Positions 21,979 to 35,423 of a stretch of DNA of 64,000 nucleotides are shown piece by piece. Made by a program: the position numbers and the translations under genes. The notes below the pieces were generated by a model. That model was not told the DNA's origin, did no database searches, and worked only from the letters and a program-made list of their open reading frames with translations. Source of the stretch: Octopus sinensis (Eukaryota); contig NC_043000.1 of NCBI RefSeq assembly GCF_006345805.1, positions 15,004,001 through 15,068,000 of the forward strand, read 5' to 3'. How positions within the stretch are numbered: position 1 is the first letter of the stretch; every line of letters begins with the position of its first letter.

Positions 21979-22711
21979 TATATAATCACTCGTATTAAAT
22001 ACATAAATACTTTAATAGTATTAATACTTTGATACAATAGAGCACTCAATATAAATTCCGTGTATAATATTCTCATTGAATATATTTAACTAAAGATTTA
22101 TGTATAAAAACATGCAGAAACAAATGGGAAACAACACAACACTAGAAATACAAACATGCAAAATAAAAATCAGTAACAAGAAGCACAGTCTTATAGTGCA
22201 CTTCTCTATATAAGTGCCTCGATACTGATAAAGATTTTGATGAAATGCAGTTAGTCCAGTATGAAAAAAAGCATTGCAGAAATTTGGATAAATTTGCTGA
22301 TACATGATTGTTAGTGTACATTGTAAACGTCTATTGTTGTTGATTTTTACGTGTCAAATCTTTTCAGTTACCAATGTAAGTTGAATACAGTTAATTATGT
22401 GTTTTCATATATATTATTTACAAGATACTGCATTCTAGACATCTATTTCCAGATTAAATCATTAATAAATAATATCACCAAAATTCTAACTCATTGATTG
22501 GGATATTTAATTTACTGCTGTCATATTCAAAATCAGAAGAAATTAATAATCCACAGAAAATTTCTTAATAAAATGCAAAATGACTTTATTTCTCACAGAG
22601 AACAGTGTTTTGTTCCAGTTTTTGACCTGCAATTAGCAACACTATTTGAACTGTAGTTTCATGCTGTTTAGAATTTGGTAATATTGTAGGTATAGAATTT
22701 AAAATGATGAT

Positions 22712-23094
22712 GGAAGCACTCCGTCGGTTACGACGATGAGGGTTCCGGTTGATCCGATCAACGCAACAGCCTGCTCGTGAAATTAACATGTAAGTGGCTG
22801 AGCACTCCACAGACACGTGCACCCTTAACGTAGTTCTCAGGGATATTCAGCATGACACAGAGAGTGACAAGGCCGGCCCTTTGAAATACAGGTACAACAG
22901 AAACAGGAAGTAAGAGTGAGAGAAAGTTGTGGTGAAAGAGTACAGCAGGGATCATCACCATCCCCTGCCAGAGCCTCGTGGAGCTTTAGGTGTTTTCGCT
23001 CAATAAACACTCACAACACTCAGTCTGGGAATCGAAACCGCGATCCTCCGACCGCAAGTCCGCTGCCCTAACCACTGGGCCATTGCGCCTCCAC
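22712..23094 (-). mobile_element. SINE family C
   Basis: Reverse complement of 14338-14724, highly similar. Confidence 0.85.
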
Positions 23095-24609
23095 AGTTAA
23101 TAAAATAAGCTCATACACACACAAAGTAAAAAAAATTCACCTTTGACCAAGACTCCATTTTTAACCGCTTTCTTGCCAAACACCTTGAACCATTAGAATC
23201 GAACAAGTGGGAAAGTTGTTTTAGATGAGGTCATCACGAAATTTCTGCACTGGTTTTGTAATCAGTGTAGTGGTCTTTGCGAAGACCTGTTGAGGCAAGT
23301 GAAATCGAAAAACGAAATCAAATTCGATGACTGGCATCTGTGCTAGTGGAGCGCTAAGAGCACCATCCGAGCATGATTGTTGCCAGAGTACATAAAAAGC
23401 ACCATTTGAGTGTGATCGTTACCAGTGTCGCCTTACTGGCATGTGTGAAAATTTTCGAGCGAGGTCGTTGCCAGTGCTGCTGGACTGGCTCCTGTGCAGG
23501 TTGCATGTAAAAAACACCATTTGAGCCTGACCGTTTCTAGTACCGCCTGACTGGCCCTCATGCTGGTGGCACATAAAAGCAGCCACTACACTCTTGGAAT
23601 GGTTGGCATTAGAAAGGGCATCTAGCTGTAGAAAGTCTGCCAGATCAAGATTGGAGCCTGGTGCAGCCATCTGGTTTGCCAGTTCTCAGTCATATTGTCC
23701 AACCCATGCTAGCATGGAAAGCGGACGTTAAACGATGATGATGATGATGAGAGAGGAATGTATAGGTTAGCAATGTCAAAAGTTTGCCTTTTCAAAAATT
23801 GTTGAAGGTGTACATAAGATGGTGATAGATCTGAATAATGTTACTTCACTTGAGTTTTTGTTATGTGACAGTTGAGAAGGCCAGCTATTGGATATGGCTG
23901 AAAAGGAATGTCAAAACCTAGCTGGAAAGGTGATGATCCCAAAACGGACTTGTAATCAAATACTAGTCAGCCAAAACAGGAGTTGAAACCTCACATTGGG
24001 GTACACATTCTCTCCTGATCACTCCTGACACCTTCTGGCAGCTTGTATGAAGAATTTTCAACTGACTGCACTTGCACAGGCAAACTACTTCCAAATCTCT
24101 AATTTTCTCTGGGAATTTGACAGTGCTGATATGAGTGGTTACTTTTTTTTTCTTTTTCCTGAGACATCATTCACCTGGGGTGGGTTGAGCTGGCTTCATT
24201 CATCCTCAATGCTGCATCTCTCACAAACACCGACCAGGCCTGGCGATTTGAGGCAAATGACCGCAATGTTGGTAATTGTATTAATTCCATCATGTTCAAG
24301 GCATTTTAGGTTATGTTTCTGATTTTGTCTTGGAGGTTTTAAATTTGTCTATTGCTTTTACCAACACCATTCTATAACTTAACCTTCAAGATATCTGACA
24401 ATATTATCAATGAGTTTCAAAAATAAAATCAAGTCACTAAGCAACAAGAATACAATACAATGCATTCTGTACACTGGTCTAAATCTTTGAACTATGGACA
24501 AAAAAGTTGTATGGTTGAGGCTAAAAATATATATTTTACAGCAAAAGCAAATAATCTTAAACCCTTATTAAGATGTACTCCTAAAGGGTTTCATAAAATA
24601 TGTACTTAA

Positions 24610-25026
24610 TCCTTTTATTACCATATTCCTGTTGATGTACACTGCATTTATTTCAAATAATTTAGAAAATAATGAAGAATTTAGTAAAATAACTGTTATC
24701 ATGATGATGTTTGGAGCAAAAAGTTAACACAAAATTTTGATAGGTTTTAATTTACGTCACTTTAAAGTAAGAAGTTTATACAGTTCTATATTTAAGAGAT
24801 GAAGAATTATGTACATTATTTACATTTGACAGATATTTGTCCTCATCTTGTTTGTTGTTAACATAACCTTTCAGCTAATATATCCTCCAGCCTTCATCAG
24901 GTGTCTTGGGGAAATTTCGAACCTGGGTTCTCATTCCTAAGGTATTTTTTGATGATGATTATTATTATTATTATTAGTTTATATCATAGAACCAGGGCAG
25001 TTACAATCAGGTTGGTATCAAAAGGG
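24610..25026. mobile_element. piggyBac-like MITE (second family, reverse orientation) with a nested Penelope-like fragment at about 24781-24975
   Basis: TTAA flanks; the body is the reverse complement of 27429-27930. The insert carries a ...CCTCCAGCCTTCATCAGG motif typical of Penelope-like ends. Confidence 0.55.
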
Positions 25027-25513
25027 TTAAATCTACATTTTGATTGCCATAAAATACAAAGCTTCATTAGTTTCTCGTTACATGTTCTGAAGAGAAAATA
25101 TGTCTGACTCAGCACACAACCATAATCTGTTGCATCTTGGATGTAGTAAGTTGAATTAAGGGTATTCATTTTTTTTTTAAATTAAATCTTTGATGAGTAA
25201 TACTTAATACTGGTTTCAGAATATTGAATTTAAATAGAATTCCATTGCAGTTTGAGCTAGTGACTTTATGTACCATTATCATTTAACAGTCAGACTACCA
25301 TGCCAACATCTCTATTATGCAGCATGTCACCACTGCTCTCTTTTATGAAGACCAACATCAGGAGATATGACCCCCAACCAATTCTTCCCATGTTTTCTCC
25401 TTCCATAAGTACCTTCCACTGTTAGCATACAATACATGTTCATTTAATCATCCATTACTGCAACAACAGTTATCTCTGCTATATACATCAACTAATACCT
25501 TAATCTTTTAGCA

Positions 25514-25562
<49 letters not shown>

Positions 25563-25563
<1 letters not shown>

Positions 25564-26227
25564 TAGCTGAGGTACCCAGTAAAAAATTACGATTAATAAG
25601 ATGTCTGTTTATAGCCATGAAACATTTTTCATCAAATTTCAACATTTTACAAAAATTTAAAATCTATATTAATGGGTAAAAAAAACTAGCAGAATCTGGT
25701 AATGAACCCATGTGGTCGTCATTTTTGTGCATGTGTGTAAAATGTCAAAATTTTACACTTTGGGGCAGATTTTGTCAAATTGATGTCACAACGGCTAGTG
25801 CGCAAAATACCTAAATTTTGCTTGAAAAATAAAATGGTCTTACCTAATCAAAACCTGAAATGCCGGGGAATTAAAACAACAAATTGAAATAATTAGTTTT
25901 AGCAAATCAAAACAATTCACATTGAAATGAAGAATTAGCAAATGCTAAATAGATTACCATTAATAAACTGTCTGTTTATTCCCATGACACATTTTCCGTC
26001 AAATTGATGTCATGATGGTTAGTGCAAAAAATGCCAAAATTTTACAATTTTTGAAAAATTGATGCTGATTAAAAATCGATTTTTTAAAAAAATTCCAAGT
26101 GCGTAAGTGACCACATGGGCATAAGCCCCATACACATGTCAAGTTTCATCAAGGTCTGTTGGATAGTCTCAGAGGAGTTAAAGTAACAAATTCATAAACA
26201 CACAAACTTGCCATTTATTATTATAGA
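25563..26227 (-). mobile_element. Non-autonomous Helitron (Lep1-like architecture)
   Basis: Minus strand 5' TCTATAATAATAAATGGCAAG... and 3' CTAG|T next to a (TA)n run; the 3' hairpin is degenerate. Confidence 0.6.
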
Positions 26228-27428
26228 TATTTTCGGAGCCTTAACTAACCACACAAATTTAGTAGTATGATTGCAACCTCAACTATGAATATTAATTAAT
26301 TAAAAAGTTAAAGAAGTGATTTTAAATTCTCAAATGCAGGATAATGCTAATAATATTAGCCTGAACAGGATAAGCTACACCTATTTTGAAGAAAAAAGTG
26401 TTGGTGGCCATATCATAGCCGGCCGCCAAAGAATAAGTTCTGGGGTCAATCTCTTTGACTAAAACAATTTAAGACATTTCAACGCTTCTAAAGCAAACTT
26501 TGTTTGTTTACGTTCATCGTAATTTGAATATTAATTAATTAAAATGGAACAGATTTAGAAGTCTATCATACCTGTATTCAAACCAATGAAACCAAGGGCC
26601 TGCATTAGTACATGCATTAAAATTAAACTTTCATAACTACAATCCATCAAAAATGTGTCGTTTATTTTCAGTTTATCTCAGAAACAGAATAAAAAACTGT
26701 TTTAGAAAATCCAAAATTTATAAATATGATATAAAATTTATATTTTAAAAAATAAATAACATGCGTATGTTTTTCATTTTAAAATATCACAGTGAAAACA
26801 GGGAAAAACAGTGAAATTCTCGTTCAGATCACAAAATATATTTCGGTGCTTTAAATCGGCAAACAGTTCCACTTGTTCTGTGCTCAATATGCCAAAGCAA
26901 TATCAAAATGGGGAGATTTTAGTAAAAATTTAAGTACAAATCACATCATATAATTTAAGCTGTTTTAATGGGAAGGGGTTAACAATATAAATAAAATGGC
27001 TTTAATTTCGGTAGGAAGGCAGGGATCAACAAATTAATTAAAATATCTTCAGTTGAGTCATCGAACATCTTTGATCTGAAAATATAACATATTCATACAT
27101 TAGTATATTCTCAATACATACATTGATATATGGGAGAGAAGGGGAAAAAGACGAGAGAGAGAGAGAGTGTGTATGTGTGTTTTGAATGTCATATTGGTTT
27201 CAAATTTTGGCACAAGGCCAGCAAATTCAGGGGAAGGGTTAAGTTGATTACATCGACCCAAATGCTCAAGTGGTACTTATTTTATCTTCCTCAAAAGAGA
27301 TGAAAGGCAAAGTCAACCTTGGCAGAATTTGAACTCAAAACATAATGACAGACAAAATGCTGCCAAGTATTTTGCCTGGCATGCTAACAATTCTGCCAGC
27401 TTGCCACCTTTGAATGCCATATTATTAA

Positions 27429-27930
27429 CCCTTTCGTTACCAACCCCGCTGAAACCAGCTCTGGCTCTGAGTACAAATGTCATGTTTTCATAAGTTTTGA
27501 ATTAAAATCTTCCACCAAACCTTAGTCACAATTTACGTTCCTAACACTAGCTGAATGATAACTAAGTTATTTTACTAAATTCTTTGTTATCATCATCATC
27601 ATCGTTTAACGTCCGTTTTCCATGCTAGCATGGGTTGGACGGTTCGACCGGGGTCTGGGAAGCCAGAAGGCTGCACCAGGCTCCAGTCTGATCTGGCAGT
27701 GTTTCTACGGCTGGATGCCCTTCATAACGCCAACCACTCCATGAGTGTAGTGGATGCTTTTTACGTGCCAGGCAAGGCTGGCAACGGCCACGATCGGTTG
27801 GTGCTTTTTACGTGCCACCAGCACGGAAGCCAGTCAAGGTGGCACTGGCATCGGTCATGTTTGGATGGTTATATTTAAAGTAATTGAAAAAAACACAGAG
27901 CATCTCAACAGAAATACAGTAACGAAAGGG
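27429..27930. mobile_element. piggyBac-like MITE (second family) with a nested SINE at about 27588-27865
   Basis: TTAA|CCCTTTCGTTAC...GTAACGAAAGGG|TTAA, perfect 12-bp TIR. Confidence 0.75.
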
Positions 27931-28614
27931 TTAAAAAAAAAACAATAACTACACTAATTGTTCTTTGTTTCTTTTCCCTCAAATGTTGAGACAGGCAACA
28001 ACCAATAGTGGCTTTTATCATGTGATCAACCAGACTATTGGATGTTATTATACATTGCTGGTCCCAATGCATTTTGCACTGTTTTAGCTTTTCAATGATT
28101 CCACCCTGCTGAAGGCTAATCCATCACAGGGTTACCCATTTACAGCTGAGTGGACTGGAGTGTTTTGCTCAAGAACACAATGTGTTACTCAGCCTAGGAA
28201 TTGAACCCATGATCTACCAATCGTGAATGCAACACTCCAACCACAGTGTGTTTAGAAGCACTAATAATATAATTATTATTATTATTCATTTATATATCCC
28301 TGTAGCGTTGATACATAGCATAAAGATGAGATATTTTTTCAATTAGCTTGTGCCACATTCTAGCAAATAACAACTGTTAATTCTTTCCACATTCTTTGGC
28401 ATCAGCACTCAAGACCAATAGAATTACAAGTTACATTTCTTTTCTTTCTTCCTTGAGGAAATATGAAGTAGACACAGCAAGTAACAGGGATGAACTGTCA
28501 AAACAAACCATAATAAATCATGAAATAAATGTCAGGTGACCTTACCATTTTGCCAAAAATCATTGTCTTTCTCCTATTTAAGATTCCAAGAAAAGATATC
28601 AGATAAAACTTTTA

Positions 28615-28745
28615 TCAGCTTCCGACTAAGACATGAATCTCTGCAATATCCTGCAAGGCTCTCTGCTGGTCTGCTGGTATAGGATTGTTACACAGATTCA
28701 CTTCTTCTATAGAAGCCATACCTTCGAGTTTCTCCTGGTCTACAT
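28615..28745 (-). CDS. LRRC20: LRRC20-like last coding exon
   Basis: tttcaccag| acceptor, phase 1; DVDQEKLEGMASIEEVNLCNNPIPADQQRALQDIAEIHVLVGS then TGA (28617-28615). Spliced CDS is 522 nt, 173 aa. Confidence 0.9.
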
Positions 28746-28803
28746 CTGGTGAAATAATTAAAAAAGAAAAAGAAAGCATTTAGTATCTTTTATATTTTCC
28801 TTT

Positions 28804-29190
28804 GGCTGTGTGGTAAGAAGCTTGCTTCCCAACCATATAGTTCCGGGTTCAGTCTCACTGCATAGCACCTTGGGCAAGTGTCTTCTACTGTAGCTTTAGG
28901 CCAACCAAAGCCTTGTGAGTGGATTTGGTAGACAAACTGAAAGAAACCTGTCATATATGTATATATTTGTGTGTGTGTGTGTGTGTGTCATCCTGCCATC
29001 ACTTGACAACTGATGCTGGTGTGTTTATGTCCTAATAACTTAACTTAGCAGTCTAGCAAAAGAAACCGATAGAATAAGTACTAGGCTTACAAAGAATAAG
29101 TTCTGGGGTCAATCTCTTTGACTAAAACAATTTAAGGCAGTGCTCCAGCATGGCTGCAATCAAATGACTGAAACAAGTAAAAGAATAAGA
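28804..29190 (+). mobile_element. SINE family A (diverged)
   Basis: Same head, body and tail order. Confidence 0.75.
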
Positions 29191-30768
29191 ATACAAGTCG
29201 ACAGAGTATATAGTGAAGACATGTAAATATCTAAGCTTCATCATCTTTACAAATCCTGCAGCATTTCACATGAAACTTTTGGTCCGCCAAAGTCATCTTG
29301 GTGTATAAGTTATCCTATCATTTTTGGCTCTAAATTTTGGTCTAAAAAATTTGACTGTATGCCAAAAAGTAGAGTATATAGAAAAATCATAAAAGAAACA
29401 GGCCAACACAGAATCCACAATGTAGTCACTGAAACTGCTAAATATCATCATCATCATTTAACGTCCGCTTTCCATGCTAGCATGGGTTGGATGATTTGAC
29501 TGAGGACTGGCGAACCAGATGGCTGTGCCAGGCTCCAATCTGATCTGGCAGAGTTTCTACAGCTGGATGCCCTTCCTAACGCCAACCACTCTGGGAATGT
29601 GGTGGGTGCTTTTAAAGTGCCACTGGCATGAGGGCCAGTCTGGCGGTACTGGCAACGGCCACGCTCGAAAATGGTGTTTTTTACGTGCCACCTGCACAGG
29701 AGTCAGTCCAGCAGCACTGGCAACAACTTCACGCGAATGTTTTGTTCACGTGCCACTGGCACAAGTGCCAGTGAGGCAATGCTGACAGCGATCACGCTCA
29801 AATGGTGCTCTTTATGTGCCAGCCAGCTGCTCTGGCAGTGATCTCGCTTGGATGGAGCTGTTAGCGCTCCACTGGCATGGGTGCCAGTCATCGAATTTGG
29901 TTCAATTTCGATTTCACTTGATTTGGTTCAATTTCAATATATCAACCAAATTAACAATAGTGTCTATATCAGTGAATGTTGACCATGCCTCTACACATGC
30001 CTAACCATGCGAGGACAGGAATTTTTGAGAAAAACTAGAAGTTGTTTCTGCATGTCTTGTTCCAGTAATATTTATCCAAGGAAAGGCTACTGACTTGACT
30101 CAGTACAGCTTGGCATCAGTATTTGTTGTAGACATTGCTGTCAGAACACAGTGCCAACATGGATACTACAAGGTGTTTCACCCAACCTTCAAATAGTTCC
30201 ACCTGTCAACCAGTCTGGTAGGTCAGTACTTTTTTAGTCGCCTCAAAAGAATGAGAAGTACCATTGACCTAAGCGGGACTTGAACTCAGAGTTCAGACAG
30301 TTGGAACAAACAGCATCAGGCATTCTCTTCAGCACTAACAATTCCGCCAATATGTTGCTTATCATCTTAAATAAAGGAAGGACACATTGGATAATGTAGT
30401 CCTAGATATACCATGCAGGACAAACAAAGCTGGTATGGTCAGTGGGATGACTTTGATCAATAATGACCAAAAATAAATACATCATCATCATCATCACCAT
30501 CACCACTATCTCCACCACCACCATCATCATCATTCTACATTCATTTGCCTGTACCTGAATAGGTTGGATGGTCATTCTCTAGAACAGCCAATTGTGCAGG
30601 TTTTTGTCGTCTCCCACATTAGGTTCAACTTTCACAACTTCTCACATTTTCCTGGGTCTTCTGTTTCACTGGTTCATTCTATTTAGAGCACTTGGCACTT
30701 GCCTATGCAACTGTCATCCTTCAAACACATCAAACACAAAAGGAAAAAAAGTTGTTAGTGTTACTTAC

Positions 30769-30936
30769 CAGTTATTGAATTGTTTTCTGCATTCAGGTTT
30801 ACTAGCTTTGGTAATCTGTAGACAGCATTTGGTATACACGTGAAGCTATTGAAGGATATATCTAGAGACTGGAGATTTGTTAAGTCTTGTAGCTCATCTG
30901 GAAGACTACTGAATTTGTTTTTCTTGAGACATAATT
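30769..30936 (-). CDS. LRRC20: LRRC20-like exon 3 (LRRs)
   Basis: caacag|...|gtaagt, 168 nt, phase 1/1; ELCLKKNKFSSLPDELQDLTNLQSLDISFNSFTCIPNAVYRLPKLVNLNAENNSIT, with canonical LxxLxLxxN repeats. Confidence 0.9.
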
Positions 30937-31520
30937 CTGTTGAGGAAAGGAATTTTTTTTTTTTAATCAGAAAATATTTCTTTCTTCATTAAACAAAAAT
31001 GGTTCATGGGAAAGTGAATAAGATTCTGAAATCCCAACCACCACCTAACTGATCAGAGCTTTGCCAGTTCTATGTTGATTACTTCCAGCAACAAATGTGT
31101 TTCACAACTGATCCATCTGGAAGAGCTAACCAAGTAGCTAAAATCATCCTCACGGTCGTGTAACTTCATACCACTCTCAGAATCAAAATCCTTAACCCTC
31201 AAATCCCCTAAGCAGCTGTCCCATAACAATTAAATACTATCTTTAACACCTTAAGGAAGTCACCCACTACCACAACTCAGAGGCTTTTATCCATTACTGC
31301 AATACATGCAAGAAAATTAACATAAAAAAAAAAGCAAGATGATATGGCCTTCAAGCTCTCCTGCCTCCCAAATTAAAGCAACCCTATGGAATCCTCTTAC
31401 TCACTGCTTTTCAACTAAAATGGCTCTGTTAGCTACACTCCTACTGAAATGGTAACATTTTTTAAGAATTACTGCCATCACATTGAGTCCTCTATTGTAC
31501 ATACTAGTATAGTTTCCTTA

Positions 31521-31904
31521 GTGGAGTCGCAATGGCCCAGTGGTTAGGGCAGCGGACTCGCGGTCATAGGATCGCGGTTTTGATTCCCAGACCGGGCGTT
31601 GTGAGTGTTTATTGAGCGAAAACACCTAAAGCTCCACGAGGCTCCGGCAGGGGATGGTGATCCCTGCTGTACTCTTTCACCACAACTTTCTCTCACTCTT
31701 ACTTCCTGTTTCTGTTGTACCTGTATTTCAAGGGGCCGGCCTTGTCACTCTCTGTGTCACGCTGAATATCCCCGAGAACTACGTTAAGGGTGCACGTGTC
31801 TGTGGAGTGCTCAGCCACTTACATGTTAATTTCATGAGCAGGCTGTTCCGTTGATTTGGATCAACCGGAACCCTCGTCGTCATAACCGACGGAGTGCTTC
31901 CTCC
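31521..31904 (+). mobile_element. SINE family C
   Basis: 13-bp TSD TATAGTTTCCTTA at 31508-31520 and 31905-31917. Confidence 0.85.
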
Positions 31905-32362
31905 TATAGTTTCCTTAAATTCAGATCTACAGGAGACTTGCCTGCTTATGTCATTCCCCAACGTTACCCTCGCTATTGATAAAAGCATGAGAACCACCTA
32001 CAGTTTCCATCAATAACTCATTTCGTTGATGGGAAGTTTTTTAACACAGTTCCAAAGATTCTTCAGAGAAATCTCATTTTGGGGTCAATACAAATATTAA
32101 GCTTCACAGTCTCTGATGACCTCTCAATCCAACACCCACATAAATACTGCCGAACTTGCATCCCAAAGAATAAAATTCTTAATTAGGGTCAGAAAATATT
32201 TCGACTATAATCAAAGTCTGCAGAAAGAAAAACAAGGTGGGGTCTAGTTCAAATTTTTGCAAGAGGACCCCAAGAACCAAGAGTTAAAATAGTTGTATTA
32301 AAGTTCAATAGTAATGTTAAGGTGTATACTTTCGCTGATTATAGAAAAGATTTGGAATGTAC

Positions 32363-32506
32363 CTGAGATTCCTGGAAACACCACTCCAAATTTCTTTGGT
32401 AGACGTGGAATTTGATTATTAGAGAGAACTAGACTCTCAACACAAACATTCTTCATTAAAAAATATACTGCTTCAGGTATTTGGATTAATTTACAACCAG
32501 ACAGAT
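32363..32506 (-). CDS. LRRC20: LRRC20-like exon 2 (LRR)
   Basis: tttccag|...|gtacat, 144 nt, phase 1/1; DLSGCKLIQIPEAVYFLMKNVCVESLVLSNNQIPRLPKKFGVVFPGIS. Confidence 0.9.
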
Positions 32507-32610
32507 CTGGAAATAAAATAAAATACAATTAATAAGCTTAAAGTCAAATTTGATATGAAAATAAATCTAGGTTCTAAAGAAACTAGCAATGGTTGACACC
32601 AGTAAACACA

Positions 32611-32841
32611 CGGCGAGCTAGTAGAATCGTTAGCACGTCGGGCGAAATGCTTAGCGGTATTTCGGCTGCCGTTACGTTGTGAGTTCAAATTCCGCCGAGG
32701 TCGACTTTGCCTTTCATCCTTTCAGGGTCGATAAATTAAGTACCAGTTAAGCACTGGGGTCGATATAATCGACTTAATACCTATGTCTGTCCATGTTTGT
32801 CCCCTCTATGTTTAGCCCCTTGTGTGTAATAAAGAAATAGG
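32611..32841 (+). mobile_element. SINE family B
   Basis: Full-length copy of 11003-11231. Confidence 0.8.
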
Positions 32842-33480
32842 TTAATAAAATTCCTTATATAAGACAAACCAATGAGCAAAGCCTCTGTTTCATTGCTTAA
32901 TCTGTTAGAAATAGCAACATTTGGACCTGTTGGATGCAAAATGTGATAAGCTGGTGATGTTGATGTGGTTGGAATTCCAGAAGGTTGCAAAGGAAAAATT
33001 CCGCAAGGTGTTTAGAATGGATCTGAGTGTTGAGACATTGTATGTGCAGTTAAAGGAGGAGAAGATTAGGTAGTACACTGCTAGCAAATTGAAAGGGGCA
33101 GAGGCTATTGTAGTAGTGATTAGAAAAGACTCTCTCACAAACACAGTACAACTACTAACCCAAACATAAGCTGATTTTTATGGCTCTATTTCCTCTAATG
33201 CTATCACAACAGTATCTGCTTCTCTAAACAACCAAGCTGTATATTATCTCTGTTCAAGCCCAATGCACTTACTTCTTCTTTCAGCATTCTTAATGTGTCT
33301 CACCCTCCAGGCTCTACACTGTAAATATTTCGTTCAACCATTTCTTGCAGAACTTCAATTCTCTGGAATGTTCTCCTTGACTACATTTTGCCTATGGGTA
33401 CCAACCAACAGACATTCAAGCTGAATATCAACCACATCAATCCCATCATTTGGAGAGGGCCTGGAAACCTCAAAAGAGAT

Positions 33481-33896
33481 ACTCTTTTTACTCTTTTACT
33501 CTTTTATTTGTTTCAGTCATTTGACTGCGGCCATGCTGGAGCACCGCCTTTAGTCGAGCAAATCGACCCTGGGACTTATTCTTTGTAAGCCCAGTACTTA
33601 TTCTATCGGTCTCTTTTGCCGAACCGCTAAGTGATGGGGACGTAAACACACCAGCATTGGTTGTCAAGCAATGTTAAGGGGACAAACACAGACACACAAA
33701 CACATACACACACACATATATATATATATACATATATACGATAGGCTTCTTTCAGTTTCCGTCTACCAAATCCACTCACAAGGCATTAGTCGGCCTGGGG
33801 CTATAGCAGAAGACACTTGCCCAAGATGTTACGCAGTGGGACTGAACCCGGAACCATGTGGTTGGTTAGCAAGCTACTTACCACACAGCCACTCCT
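33481..33896 (-). mobile_element. SINE family A
   Basis: Full-length copy. Confidence 0.85.
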
Positions 33897-35344
33897 GTAA
33901 CATTTTTACACCAAGAAACTGAAGCTTTCTTCAGGAGTTAAGGGACATTTACATTAGGTTCAGTACTCTGCTATTTGGGCTATCTCCACCAACCATACAA
34001 AAAAGATGTTTTGGGTTTGTTTGTTTTTTTAAATTACTAACAGATCAAGTATTTTGATATTGAGCAGCCTTCTTTTGATAGTAATTTGTATTAATAATGA
34101 CTCAAATGATTTCTTGGTAAAAGAAAAAATTCCTGCTACATTGTAGATGTTTAAGCATCAAATCAGTCCTAATCGAGCAAAAGCTTCTGGTGATGCCCAC
34201 CCCGTTTCAAAAGCTTCTAATGATGTTTGTCCCGTTTTATTAAGAAAATCTAGGTCTACATTATTCGATATGCCCTACCTTAAGATGATAAGGGTGTTAT
34301 TTAAGAGACATTTGGTCGCTATTTCTAGCACGTGAAGCAACAACTTTGAAGCTCTCTCCTTAACTCGTTTCTACTATATACCGTGGCGACATGATTTCTT
34401 GTAATCTTATTGTTTACATAGCAGACGTAAACGTCTGCCAATGAAATTCGTTCTAGAATTAATACTAAATAAATTAAACATTTCAAACTTTCACTTTGAC
34501 TAGGCATATAATTTTTATTTATTTCGATTGATAGAATTAGCCGCCAGAAGGTCGACTCGACGAGAATCGAACACAACCTGCGAGACTGAAGAAATAAAAC
34601 ATTCAAACGGTTTTCCTTTACCAGCTATAGCCACCAAGGCACAACTCAACATAATATACAACATAAGGAAAGGACAAATGAATTAAAATTCAAAAGTAAA
34701 ATAACTTCTCAAATTTGAAACTTTGGCAGACTGCTTACGTTAACCAAGGCCTCTTTTGTGGCTCGTCTACTATAATCTATTCTGAAAAGCACCAAATTAT
34801 TTTATTTTTACTTTTTAATAGTTTAGTCAGAGTAAGGGCATATTCTGTGACCTTTTTCGTGGTTTCCGAGACTGGAAGGAAGAAGGGAGGAAGTTATCCT
34901 CATTCCCGGCAGATCGAAATGCTTGCAAAACAGTGGACTTCGCTAAAGGTGATAAAGGGTGACGATAGACTAAATTTATAACCTAAAAAATTGAATAGCC
35001 CCTCTGATAGACTTCCACTGCTTTTGTCTCTCGAATTTTATTTACAAAGCTTTCATCGATCCGTAACTAAGTTAGAATACACTAGCCCACAGTGACACGC
35101 AAATTGAACCCGAAACCATTTAATTGCGGAACGAATTTCTTTACATATGCAACAACGATAAACTGTTTTAGGATAGAATCTCGACCAGATCACTTGAAAT
35201 AGATAATCTTTAGAAGAATTGATACAATAAGTATCAACCCTATTAAATTCATATAAGACGATCATAACGATGTCTAAAAACAGAGGCATCCACTTTCATC
35301 TTCCAAGCTAAAATCCTATTAGATTTAAACTTATCAAAACTTAC

Positions 35345-35423
35345 CCAACTTCTTATCCTGTTTTGCCGAATTACAACGATTAACAACGTTAGCGACATCA
35401 GCTCCTGCTTGTGAATGAGCCAT
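35345..35423 (-). CDS. LRRC20: LRRC20-like first coding exon
   Basis: ATG at 35423; MAHSQAGADVANVVNRCNSAKQDKKL then G|gtaagt (phase 1). Resembles the LRRC20 N-terminus (AVARVARKVNETVESGSDTL-DL). Confidence 0.85.

Noticed and set aside
34147-34335. Plus-strand ORF MFKHQISPNRAK... after a tag acceptor, inside LRRC20 intron 1
   Set aside because: No recognisable homology, weak donor, and no partner exons found on the plus strand.
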